NCBI GenBank assembly: GCA_903851235.1
Contig: CAINNR010000001.1
Span: forward strand, 22,432-86,431
Reading direction: 5' to 3'
Source: an uncultured Candidatus Berkelbacteria bacterium
Lineage (GTDB): Bacteria > Patescibacteriota > UBA1384 > XYA2-FULL-43-10 > CAINNR01
DNA length: 64,000 nt
Part shown: positions 9,758-17,981 of the stretch, one piece after another
Layout of the letters: every line of letters starts with the position of its first letter
Numbering within the stretch: the first letter of the stretch is position 1
The notes under the pieces: generated by a model
What the model was told of the DNA's origin: nothing
Databases searched by the model: none
What the model saw: the letters and a program-made list of their open reading frames with translations, nothing else
Translations under genes and position numbers: made by a program

Positions 9758-9911
9758 AAAATCTTTCCGCAACGAGAAAAATAATCCCGTCGTCATGTTT
9801 AATTATTTCGTGCTGCCGGCCTGACATCAAATTAATGTCGGCTATTGCTGCAATAGAACGTCGAAATAATTTCTTTCGGAAATCTATAGAACAATATTTA
9901 ACAACTATTTA

Positions 9912-9940
9912 ACTATATCATAAGAATAGAATAAATGCAA
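9912..9940 (-). promoter_or_regulatory. Sigma70-like promoter of the helicase gene
   Basis: TTGCAT-N17-TATAGT with extended TG. Confidence 0.65.
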
Positions 9941-9965
9941 GCGTTTTTGCAATAACCGTTTACTC

Positions 9966-10025
9966 GTCATTCCCGCGAAAGCGGGAATCTACTATTAATG
10001 GATTCCGGATCAAGTCCGGAATGAC
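9966..10025. repeat. REP-like palindromic element (GTCATTCC...GGAATGAC type)
   Basis: gtcattcccgcgaaagcgggaatc...ggattccggatcaagtccggaatgac: two hairpins inside terminal inverted repeats. Confidence 0.8.
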
Positions 10026-10152
10026 AATTGAAACCGACAGCTATATTTTGCATTAGAGCGATAATTATTTTAATAGTTTTTAAAAAAAGCTCCTGCATTA
10101 GCCGTGTTGGCCAACATCGCAGAAGCTTGGGGATTTAGTCAATTTCTTAGTA

Positions 10153-10611
10153 TCAATTTACGGCGACCATCTGCACCATTTGACTATCTTCCCTCCAACC
10201 GCAGTCTAAGAAGCACAAATTCTTCATCCAACGAGAGGTGTAGATATTCCACTGAACGTAAACGATATAGAATTCATTGTGTTTATTCCGGATGGCAGTG
10301 CCAGTGAAGACAAAGCATTTGTCTTTCCAACCATCAGGAATCTTTTCTGTTTGGCGCATCAACGCGTTAGCCGCGCGAAGACCAGCACGGTTGCCAATCT
10401 CGATCGTTCGGTTGAAAGCTATTTCGCCATCAATATAGGTATCGCCAAGAATTTCCTTATCATTCAATACAGGTACGAGACTGAGTGTTACAAGGCCATC
10501 CTGTTCTTCGACGCTCATTGAGCTGTCAATCTCGTAAACAGTGGCAACCAAATTGTCGTCCTCTGGTAAAATCTCAATGACAATTCCAGCTGTGGCTACG
10601 GCGTCTGACAT
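10153..10611 (-). CDS. Hypothetical protein resembling CPR C-type-lectin-fold (DGR-target-like) family
   Basis: C-terminal IPxxWK...FxGT...YVxW...RW...LDxxW pattern; GAAGGGG SD before ATG 10611; TTGACA/TATATT promoter at 10660-10689. Confidence 0.6.
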   Translation of the reverse strand: MSDAVATAGIVIEILPEDDNLVATVYEIDSSMSVEEQDGLVTLSLVPVLNDKEILGDTYIDGEIAFNRTIEIGNRAGLRAANALMRQTEKIPDGWKDKCFVFTGTAIRNKHNEFYIVYVQWNIYTSRWMKNLCFLDCGWREDSQMVQMVAVN

Positions 10612-10763
10612 GACGAGCGCCCCTTCCAGAGGTTGGGATTCAATCCGATAACCACTTGAAATATAGCAAAAAAATAACCTGTTTGTCAATGGAAAATATT
10701 ATGCAATTGATTTTTTTAATCAATTTGCTACAATCAAGTAAATAATTAGTTTTAGGGAGAATT

Positions 10764-10997
10764 ATGGCAAAAGATGAAGAGACAATGAAAGATTGCAAGG
10801 AGTGGAAGCATCATCACCATCACGGTCACCGAGGCGGTGGAATGGGTGGTGGAATTTATGGAATGGCATTTATTGGCGCTGCGGTTTACTTTGTTCAACA
10901 CTCGGCAACCTTTTGGATGGGTGTTTTAGGTATTCTAAAAGCAATCATTTGGCCGGCTATGATTATTTACAAAGTCTTGGGGATTCTTCATTTTTAG
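10764..10997 (+). CDS. Small membrane protein with His/Gly-rich N-terminus
   Basis: HHHHHGHRGGGMGGG followed by two hydrophobic segments; AGGGAG SD. Confidence 0.8.
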   Translation: MAKDEETMKDCKEWKHHHHHGHRGGGMGGGIYGMAFIGAAVYFVQHSATFWMGVLGILKAIIWPAMIIYKVLGILHF

Positions 10998-11116
10998 TTG
11001 GAATTTCTTTTGATTAATTCAGAAAAAATACTGTTGGGGAGAAAAGATAATTCCATATTAATTATTTTTGTCAAAATGTGTTGACGAGCGGTTTTTTTTA
11101 TGCTAATATTGACTAG

Positions 11117-11344
11117 ATGAGCGAACACGAAGTAATTATTGTTGAGGGCACGGTTGAAGAGTCTTTGCCGAATTCAACCTTTATGGTTAAGCTATCATCC
11201 GATCAAACAATTTTGGCATATCTTTCAGGCAGAATGAGAAAAAATTTCATCAAAGTCATGCCTGGTGACAAAGTCAAAATTGAACTTACGCCATATGATT
11301 TGACCAAAGGCAGAATTGTCTCCCGTGAAAAAATCACATATTAA
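11117..11344 (+). CDS. infA: Translation initiation factor IF-1
   Basis: [13 protein letters not shown]...SGRMRKNFI...PYDLTKGRI. Confidence 0.97.
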   Translation: MSEHEVIIVEGTVEESLPNSTFMVKLSSDQTILAYLSGRMRKNFIKVMPGDKVKIELTPYDLTKGRIVSREKITY

Positions 11345-11424
11345 CGCAAGCGTTAAAGGGGGCGTATTTTAGCTTTTCCGTGGCGCAGATGTGAAAATTA
11401 TCAGTGAATAGAATCATTGTTATT

Positions 11425-11571
11425 ATGAAAGTCCAAGCTTCAGTTAAAAAAATCTGTAGTCGATGCAAAATCGTAACCAGAAAAAAGAAAAACAGTTCGA
11501 CATCCGCAACCTTACATCGAACACTGTTTTGCATTTGCTCCAACCCGAAACATAAACAGAGACAAGGATAA
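11425..11571 (+). CDS. rpmJ: 50S ribosomal protein L36, 48 aa (not in the ORF track)
   Basis: Manual translation [48 protein letters not shown]; between infA and rpsM. Confidence 0.95.
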   Translation: MKVQASVKKICSRCKIVTRKKKNSSTSATLHRTLFCICSNPKHKQRQG

Positions 11572-11573
11572 TT

Positions 11574-11960
11574 ATGGTCCGACTGGCCGGAAATGAAATT
11601 CCAAACGATAAAAGAATCGAAATTGCATTAACCTATATTTTTGGCATCGGTTTAACTTCAAGCCAGAAAATATTGGCATCAGCAAAAATCGATCCGAATA
11701 TTCGCGCCAACAAATTGGCAGCAGAGGAACTTGAACGCATTCGCCAAATTATTAACAAAGATTATAAAATTGAGGGCGATCTGCGAACCGAAGTTAGCCA
11801 GAATATCAAACGACTGAAAGAAATTGGAACGTATCGCGGTGGCCGTCACACGCGTGGGTTGCCGGTTCGAGGACAGCAAACTCAAACCAATGCCCGCACA
11901 AAGCGAGGCAAAAAGGTTACTGTTGGCTCGGGCCGAAAGAAATCAGCGGAAAAAACCTAA
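11574..11960 (+). CDS. rpsM: 30S ribosomal protein S13
   Basis: ALTYIFGIG...[14 protein letters not shown]. Confidence 0.98.
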   Translation: MVRLAGNEIPNDKRIEIALTYIFGIGLTSSQKILASAKIDPNIRANKLAAEELERIRQIINKDYKIEGDLRTEVSQNIKRLKEIGTYRGGRHTRGLPVRGQQTQTNARTKRGKKVTVGSGRKKSAEKT

Positions 11961-12060
11961 ACAGAAAACAATAACCAAGAGATAAGAAACAAACAAATTT
12001 CAATATTCTATTTCAAATTTCCAAAATTGTTTGTAACTTGTATCATTAAACTTAGACAAA

Positions 12061-12456
12061 ATGGCAACAAATACAATCAAAGCAATCAAAAAGAAAAAAG
12101 TTTTACAACCGGTTACTTCCGGAAGTGTTTATATACAATCATCTTTCAATAATACAATCGTCACTGTTACCGATGACAAGGGTGGGGTTATCGCTTGGGC
12201 ATCAGCCGGATCGATCGGTTTTAAGGGGGCTAAAAAATCAACACCTTACGCCGCTTCGCTTGCAGCATCGGCAGCGATCGAAAAGGCCAAGCTCCGAGGT
12301 TTACGAAAAGCCGATATTTTTGTTTCCGGCGTCGGCTCCGGTCGAGATTCGGCGATTAGAGCTTTCCACTCAGCCAGTATTGAAGTTGATAAAATTCAGG
12401 ACGTTACACCAATGGCGCACAACGGATGTCGTCGGAAGAAAGTTCGAAGAGTTTAG
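12061..12456 (+). CDS. rpsK: 30S ribosomal protein S11
   Basis: SSFNNTIVT...KSTPYAA...DVTPMAHNGCR. Confidence 0.98.
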   Translation: MATNTIKAIKKKKVLQPVTSGSVYIQSSFNNTIVTVTDDKGGVIAWASAGSIGFKGAKKSTPYAASLAASAAIEKAKLRGLRKADIFVSGVGSGRDSAIRAFHSASIEVDKIQDVTPMAHNGCRRKKVRRV

Positions 12457-12521
12457 TCATTATTTGTAATTTCGTTTAATTTGCCCACAGGGTCAATATA
12501 ACTTGGAAGGAGCCGTAAGGC

Positions 12522-13115
12522 ATGAATCACGGATGTAGAAAATGTCGGCGAGAGGGTATCAAACTTTTCCTAAAAGGCGAAAAGTGTTTTTTGCCTAAGT
12601 GTCCGGTTGCCACACGGCCTTTCCCCCCGGGGCAGCATGGTCCGTCATCATACACCAAACTTTCGGAATATGGAAAACAGCTTCGTGAAAAACAAAAAGT
12701 CCGAAAGATTTACGGTATTTCCGAAACACAATTGAGAAATTATTATAAAAAAGCTTCGAGTAAGACCGGTGATACCAGCGAAAATCTAATCCAACTCTTG
12801 GAGAGCCGACTGGATTCAATCATTTATCGGCTTGGCGTTTCGCCTTCAAAATCAACTGTAAGACAGATGGTTAGCCACCAATTCTTTAAAGTTAACGGTC
12901 GCATTGTTAATATTGCTTCGCATTTGATTACACTGAAACATGAAATTTCAATCAATGAGAACAAGAGCGTTAAATTCGAAAGCAATACTAATTTACCATC
13001 GTGGATCAGCTTAGATGCCAAAACATCTCGCGTTAAACTGAAAAATCTGCCGAATAAAAGTGAAATTGAGCTGCCATTTGATGTTAATTTGGTTATTGAA
13101 TATTATTCCCGATAA
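12522..13115 (+). CDS. rpsD: 30S ribosomal protein S4 (Cys/Zn form)
   Basis: CRKCRREG..PGQHG..EKQK..LESRLD..EYYSR. Confidence 0.98.
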   Translation: MNHGCRKCRREGIKLFLKGEKCFLPKCPVATRPFPPGQHGPSSYTKLSEYGKQLREKQKVRKIYGISETQLRNYYKKASSKTGDTSENLIQLLESRLDSIIYRLGVSPSKSTVRQMVSHQFFKVNGRIVNIASHLITLKHEISINENKSVKFESNTNLPSWISLDAKTSRVKLKNLPNKSEIELPFDVNLVIEYYSR

Positions 13116-13227
13116 AATAATATGAAAATCTAATTCAGATCACTGACGCAGATTAATGCTGATGAAATTCTAATCAGCAATACTGATCAGTGTAAGAATT
13201 ACTAACAAGATAAAATAAGGAGTGACT

Positions 13228-14166
13228 ATGATTCCGGAAAATGAAATCCCAAAAATTTTAGAAAAAGTTGTAGATGAAACAAAATCGTTTTTTAGTATTG
13301 AGCCTCTTTTGCCTGGATACGGCGCAACAATGGGTAACGCACTGCGTCGTGTTTTGCTTTCATCACTTCCAGGAACGGCAATATCCTCAATCAAACTTGA
13401 CGGCGTTGCTCATGAATTTTCGGCAATTCCCCATGTAAAAGAAGACATGATTGAAATTATTATGAATTTACGCAAAGTTAATTTCAAATCCTATTCGGAT
13501 GAGCCGGTTACTGCAACTTTGGTTGCCAAAGGTCCGAAGGTTATCACCGCTGCCGAATTTAAAATGTCAGCAAATGTTGAAATTCTAAATCCAACTCAGT
13601 ACATTGCAACACTGGATAAAAATGCTGATTTTGACTTAGAAGTGACTTTGGAAGTTGGCCGCGGGTTTCGCCCAACCGAGGAGAGAGAAATTGATAAAAC
13701 CGACCTCGGCCGAATTTCAATCGATAGCGTTTTCTCGCCTGTCAAGCTTATTAATTTCAAAATTGAAAACACCCGCGTCGGGCAGATGACCAACTATGAC
13801 AAAATCGAATTGGAAATCGTCACCAACGGCGCAATTTCTCCCCGCGATGCTTTGACTCAAGCCGGAAAAATTCTTGTTCACCACTTTAATTACATCGCCG
13901 AAGGCAAACCATACACCAGTGAAGAGATTGAAACCGAAGACGAGAATATTGAATCAGATGTTAAATCAACTACTTCACTTGCTGATGTTGATCCGAAAAC
14001 CAAAGTCACCGAGTTAGGTCTTTCTGCTAGAACCGTTAACGCTTTGGTCAATTCAGGCATAAAGACTGTCGCTGGCTTAAAACGATTGTCAGATCTTAAG
14101 CTTTCCGAAGTCAAAGGATTGGGTAAAAAAGGTTTTGATGAAATTAGAGAATTTTTGGAAAAATAA
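13228..14166 (+). CDS. rpoA: RNA polymerase subunit alpha
   Basis: EPLLPGYGATMGNALRRVLLSS; alpha-CTD LSARTVNAL; AAGGAG SD favours ATG 13228. Confidence 0.98.
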   Translation: MIPENEIPKILEKVVDETKSFFSIEPLLPGYGATMGNALRRVLLSSLPGTAISSIKLDGVAHEFSAIPHVKEDMIEIIMNLRKVNFKSYSDEPVTATLVAKGPKVITAAEFKMSANVEILNPTQYIATLDKNADFDLEVTLEVGRGFRPTEEREIDKTDLGRISIDSVFSPVKLINFKIENTRVGQMTNYDKIELEIVTNGAISPRDALTQAGKILVHHFNYIAEGKPYTSEEIETEDENIESDVKSTTSLADVDPKTKVTELGLSARTVNALVNSGIKTVAGLKRLSDLKLSEVKGLGKKGFDEIREFLEK

Positions 14167-14169
14167 ATT

Positions 14170-14700
14170 ATGCCAAGAAAACTGGGAAGAAAAATTGGAC
14201 ACCGAAAATCACTGATGCGTAATTTAGCCGCTTCTTTGGTTTTGTATGAAAAGATAGAGACAACTGAAGCCAAAGCCAAGGATGTTAAATCCTATGTTGA
14301 ACACCTGATCAGCATTTCAAAAGCCGGTGACTTGGCCGCTTATCGAAAACTTCTGGCCTATTTTTACGACAAAAATGCCGCCAAAAAGGTTTTTGAGGAG
14401 TTGTCAAAACGCTATGCCGAGCGCCCATCGGGTTTTATCCGCTTATATCACATTGACAATCGTTTGGGCGATAATTCAAAAATGATTCGCCTTGAGCTTG
14501 TTGATCGAAAAGTTTTTGCTGCCCCGAAAAAAGTCGTAACCGCAAAAGCCGACGACAAAGATAATGTTGTCGATGAGAAATTGGCTAAAAATGAAATTAA
14601 AGCTCAAAAGAAGCTGGAAAAACTCTCCGCCACATCGACTAAAAGCGGTGTTATTACTTCTGTCAGATCGAAGGCCGGCAGAAAAGCTGGAGATAAATAA
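14170..14700 (+). CDS. rplQ: 50S ribosomal protein L17 with C-terminal extension
   Basis: KLGRKIGHRKSLMRNL...IETTEAKAK. Confidence 0.97.
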   Translation: MPRKLGRKIGHRKSLMRNLAASLVLYEKIETTEAKAKDVKSYVEHLISISKAGDLAAYRKLLAYFYDKNAAKKVFEELSKRYAERPSGFIRLYHIDNRLGDNSKMIRLELVDRKVFAAPKKVVTAKADDKDNVVDEKLAKNEIKAQKKLEKLSATSTKSGVITSVRSKAGRKAGDK

Positions 14701-15107
14701 TGAATGAATATATATTCTATTTAATTGACGCTAGCCAGCAACCAGTTGGACGACTTTCAACCCAAGCGGCAGTTTTGCTGATGGGAAAAAACGATCCAAA
14801 CTACGCGCCAAACATTGTCGCCAACAGTATTGTGATTGTCATTAACAGTGATAAACTGTATCTAACCGGAACCAAAGAACTGTCAAAAAAATACTATCGT
14901 CACTCCGGTTATCCGGGAGGAATTAAAGAAACCGATTTTGCCGATTTAAAGAAAACCGATTCAACCGAAATTGTTAAAAAATCAATCCGCGGTATGATTC
15001 CACACAATCGTTTGGAATCGGAGCTTTTGAAACATCTGAAAATTTTTAAAGGTAATGAACATCCTTTCAGCAAAGAAAAATTAGTCGAGGTAAATAATGG
15101 CAAATAA
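14700..15107 (+). CDS. rplM: 50S ribosomal protein L13
   Basis: IDAS...GRLS...[10 protein letters not shown]. Confidence 0.97.
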   Translation: MNEYIFYLIDASQQPVGRLSTQAAVLLMGKNDPNYAPNIVANSIVIVINSDKLYLTGTKELSKKYYRHSGYPGGIKETDFADLKKTDSTEIVKKSIRGMIPHNRLESELLKHLKIFKGNEHPFSKEKLVEVNNGK

Positions 15108-15474
15108 TCTAAAGTATTATTACGGAACCGGACGAAGAAAAACCGCTGTCGCGCGAGTTAGAATTTTTGCCGGCAATGGCAAAACAGTCGTCAACGACAA
15201 AGAAATTGTTTTGCCCGACGTGGTTTTGGAGCCCCTAAAACTTGTTGGGAAACTTGAGTCATTTGATATTTCGGTTAAAGTCAACGGTGGCGGCAAAGAG
15301 GGCCAGCTGGACGCAATTCGCCATGGCATTTCTCGAGCCTTAATTGTATTAAATCCGGAATTTCGCCCGCAATTGAAAAAGGTTGGATTTTTGACTCGTG
15401 ATCCACGCGAAGTCGAACGAAAGAAACCGGGTCTAAAGAAAGCCCGACGCGCTCCACAATGGTCGAAACGGTAG
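15097..15474 (+). CDS. rpsI: 30S ribosomal protein S9
   Basis: [12 protein letters not shown]...[13 protein letters not shown]...PQWSKR. Confidence 0.98.
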   Translation: MANNLKYYYGTGRRKTAVARVRIFAGNGKTVVNDKEIVLPDVVLEPLKLVGKLESFDISVKVNGGGKEGQLDAIRHGISRALIVLNPEFRPQLKKVGFLTRDPREVERKKPGLKKARRAPQWSKR

Positions 15475-15511
15475 ACATCAATTTTTAATTTTTAATTTTC
15501 AAATATATTGA

Positions 15512-15847
15512 ATGTCTGAGCGGTTAAACAAAATTAATGAATTAATAAAACAAGAGCTCTCTATGGCTTTTGTTTTTGATTTTCCCGGTGAATTTATCAC
15601 CATCAACTTTATTCACACCACAGCCGATTTGTCGCTGACAAAAATCTATGTCTCGGTAACTTCTGGACATCAATCGATCTACGATGGATTGAAAAAGAAA
15701 ACCTCGGAGTACAGAAAGCTTCTGGCTGATAAACTTGTAATTCGCAAAATCCCAAAAATTGAAATTATCAAAGATGAAATGCAATCGGAAATCGAACACA
15801 TTGAACAAATCATCGAAACCAACTCCAGTAATTTTAGCCCTGAATAA
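15512..15847 (+). CDS. rbfA: Ribosome-binding factor A
   Basis: RLNKINELIKQELS..ITI...DLSLTKIYVS...IRKIPKI pattern; divergent. Confidence 0.85.
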   Translation: MSERLNKINELIKQELSMAFVFDFPGEFITINFIHTTADLSLTKIYVSVTSGHQSIYDGLKKKTSEYRKLLADKLVIRKIPKIEIIKDEMQSEIEHIEQIIETNSSNFSPE

Positions 15848-15864
15848 CTTTACAAGCCAGACAA

Positions 15865-16239
15865 ATGAAACTCAACAAACTCACAACCGAAGAAGAAAAT
15901 GTTATTATCAAAAAGGGGACTGAGCCGGCGTTTTCGGGCGAGTATGACAACTTTTTCAAACCGGGAATTTACATTTGTCGGCGATGTGACAACAAACTTT
16001 TTTCATCGGATGCGAAATTCAACTCCGGTTGCGGTTGGCCATCATTTGATGAATTTATTCCCGCATCGGTCAAAACAATTCCTGATGCCGACGGAACAAG
16101 AACGGAAATTGTTTGCGCAAATTGTGGCGCCCATTTGGGCCACGTTTTTACCGGCGAACACTTAACTGCCAAAGACACCCGTCATTGCGTTAATTCTCAA
16201 TCAATTAAATTTATTCCTAAAAATGACCCGCGCGATTAA
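15865..16239 (+). CDS. msrB: Methionine-R-sulfoxide reductase
   Basis: GTEPAFSG, SGCGWPSF, HLGHVF, RHCVNS. Confidence 0.97.
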   Translation: MKLNKLTTEEENVIIKKGTEPAFSGEYDNFFKPGIYICRRCDNKLFSSDAKFNSGCGWPSFDEFIPASVKTIPDADGTRTEIVCANCGAHLGHVFTGEHLTAKDTRHCVNSQSIKFIPKNDPRD

Positions 16240-16320
16240 AATTCCGGTTATGCAATAACCAAATTGGAGTCTTACAGCAACTTCTATTTTGCCGCGGTGT
16301 TTATGTTAATACATTAAAAG

Positions 16321-16394
16321 TTTGTATACATCTATTGACAAGAATTATACAAACAGCTATACTTTGTATGCATTAGCAAAAAGATGTAAACAAA
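16321..16394 (+). promoter_or_regulatory. fic promoter with four operator-like repeats
   Basis: TTGACA(16335)-N17-TATACT(16358) overlapped by TTTGTAT/TTTGTTT-type repeats in alternating orientation. Confidence 0.7.
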
Positions 16395-16395
16395 G

Positions 16396-17550
16396 ATGCA
16401 AAAAGTTGAAATTGGAAAATTCGTGACTCAGCCAGAAGGATATAAGGCTTTTGTTCCAAACTCTTTTCCTCCAAAGAGCGATTTTGAATTTGATCAAAAG
16501 ACCAATAAAAAGTGTAATGAGGCGACAAGATTATTGGGCAAGCTCGATGGGATAACTAAATTATTGCCTGATTCAGATTTCTTTTTGCTGATGTATTTGA
16601 GGAAAGATGCCGCCTCCTCAAGTCAGATCGAGGGAACGATGGCTACAATGACTGATGTTATTGAAGCTGAAGTGAAAACCACTGGTATTTCGAAAGACGT
16701 TGGCGACATTTTGCATTATATAAAGGCACTGGATTATGGCATGGACAGAGTTATTAAGGATAATTTTCCAATTTCACTTCGATTTATTCGGGAATTACAC
16801 AAAGAATTAATGGTTAAAGCCAGAACAACTCATCACCCATATCCCGGCGAGTTTCGAAAAAGCCAAAACTGGATTGGCGGGACAAACATTGCAAATGCGC
16901 ACTTTGTAACTCCACCAGTTTTTGAAATGCATGATTCGCTTAATGATCTTGAAAAATTTATTTATGCAAACGATGAAATACTGCCTGTGATAAAAGCCGG
17001 ATTGATTCATGCCCAATTTGAGACCATCCATCCATTTTTAGATGGAAATGGCCGAACCGGTCGCATGCTGATTACTTTTTATCTATGGAAAATCGGCTTA
17101 CTGGAAAAACCGGTTTTATTTCTTTCGTCATATTTTAGAAAACACCAAGAGATCTATTATGAAAAGCTTTCAGTTTATCATAATGGTTTGGTTTCAGACT
17201 GGATAAATTTTTTCTTGGATGGTGTGGTTGAAATAGCAGGTGAAGCGATTGACATTGTCAGTAAAATTACAAAATTACGAGACAGGGATATGATGAAAAT
17301 ACAAACTCTTGGCAAGAGATCATCAGAAAGTGCTTGTATGGTTTTGCCAAAGCTATATGGCCAACCGATTGTTAACGCTTCGATTGTGCAAAAATGGACT
17401 GGCTTTACAAGAGCCGGTGCTCAAACCGTTATTGAAAGATTTATCGAATTGAATATTTTATCACCGAAAGATAAAGACATCAAGTATGGTCAATCATATG
17501 TTTACAAAGAATATCTTGATATTTTTGTCGAGGATAATAAAAATAACTAA
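16396..17550 (+). CDS. Fic family protein (class II, DUF4172-type N-terminus, probable C-terminal HTH)
   Basis: HPFLDGNGRTGR catalytic motif; SSQIEG inhibitory motif. Confidence 0.95.
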   Translation: MQKVEIGKFVTQPEGYKAFVPNSFPPKSDFEFDQKTNKKCNEATRLLGKLDGITKLLPDSDFFLLMYLRKDAASSSQIEGTMATMTDVIEAEVKTTGISKDVGDILHYIKALDYGMDRVIKDNFPISLRFIRELHKELMVKARTTHHPYPGEFRKSQNWIGGTNIANAHFVTPPVFEMHDSLNDLEKFIYANDEILPVIKAGLIHAQFETIHPFLDGNGRTGRMLITFYLWKIGLLEKPVLFLSSYFRKHQEIYYEKLSVYHNGLVSDWINFFLDGVVEIAGEAIDIVSKITKLRDRDMMKIQTLGKRSSESACMVLPKLYGQPIVNASIVQKWTGFTRAGAQTVIERFIELNILSPKDKDIKYGQSYVYKEYLDIFVEDNKNN

Positions 17551-17558
17551 GGAGAATT

Positions 17559-17753
17559 ATCACTGACTTTGAAAAATGTAAGAAGTGTGGCAGTAAAAAC
17601 ATTGTACTAATTGAATATGCTTCCGGAGAGCCGGAGCATTACGATGGTATTAGTGAAATAGAATGCAAAGATTGCGGTGTACGAATCGGACGTTGGAGCG
17701 GCAAGAAGTTAGCGAAAGGGGAAATTGAAAACCGGTTAGGAAAAAAGAAATAG
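17559..17753 (+). CDS. Small Zn-ribbon protein with ATC in the start position (not in the ORF track)
   Basis: ITDFEKCKKCGSKNIVLIEYASGEPEHYDGISEIECKDCGVRIGRWSGKKLAKGEIENRLGKKK*; TAAGGAG SD. Confidence 0.65.
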   Translation: MTDFEKCKKCGSKNIVLIEYASGEPEHYDGISEIECKDCGVRIGRWSGKKLAKGEIENRLGKKK

Positions 17754-17813
17754 ACAACCTTATGAGCGAATCAGAAACATAGCTGAACATATTGAACTTA
17801 AATAATTTTACAT

Positions 17814-17981
17814 ATGCACACAAGTTTTTCCAAAGGGACGACAATTTGGATTAAATTTAAAACCAACGAAACGACTGTTGGCAAATTTTCTGATCACAAA
17901 AGTGGCAAAATTCTGCTTGAAGACGGCCGAATTATTTTGATCCGCGATATTAGCGCCGTTTCCATCCGCAAGCTGAAATAG
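17814..17981 (+). CDS. Small basic beta-rich hypothetical protein, 55 aa (not in the ORF track)
   Basis: MHTSFSKGTTIWIKFKTNETTVGKFSDHKSGKILLEDGRIILIRDISAVSIRKLK*. Confidence 0.6.
   Translation: MHTSFSKGTTIWIKFKTNETTVGKFSDHKSGKILLEDGRIILIRDISAVSIRKLK

Noticed and set aside
171-15481. Many antisense or alternate-frame ORFs over ribosomal protein genes
   Set aside because: They overlap well-supported core genes and lack motifs; treated as shadow ORFs, as are similar ones elsewhere in the window
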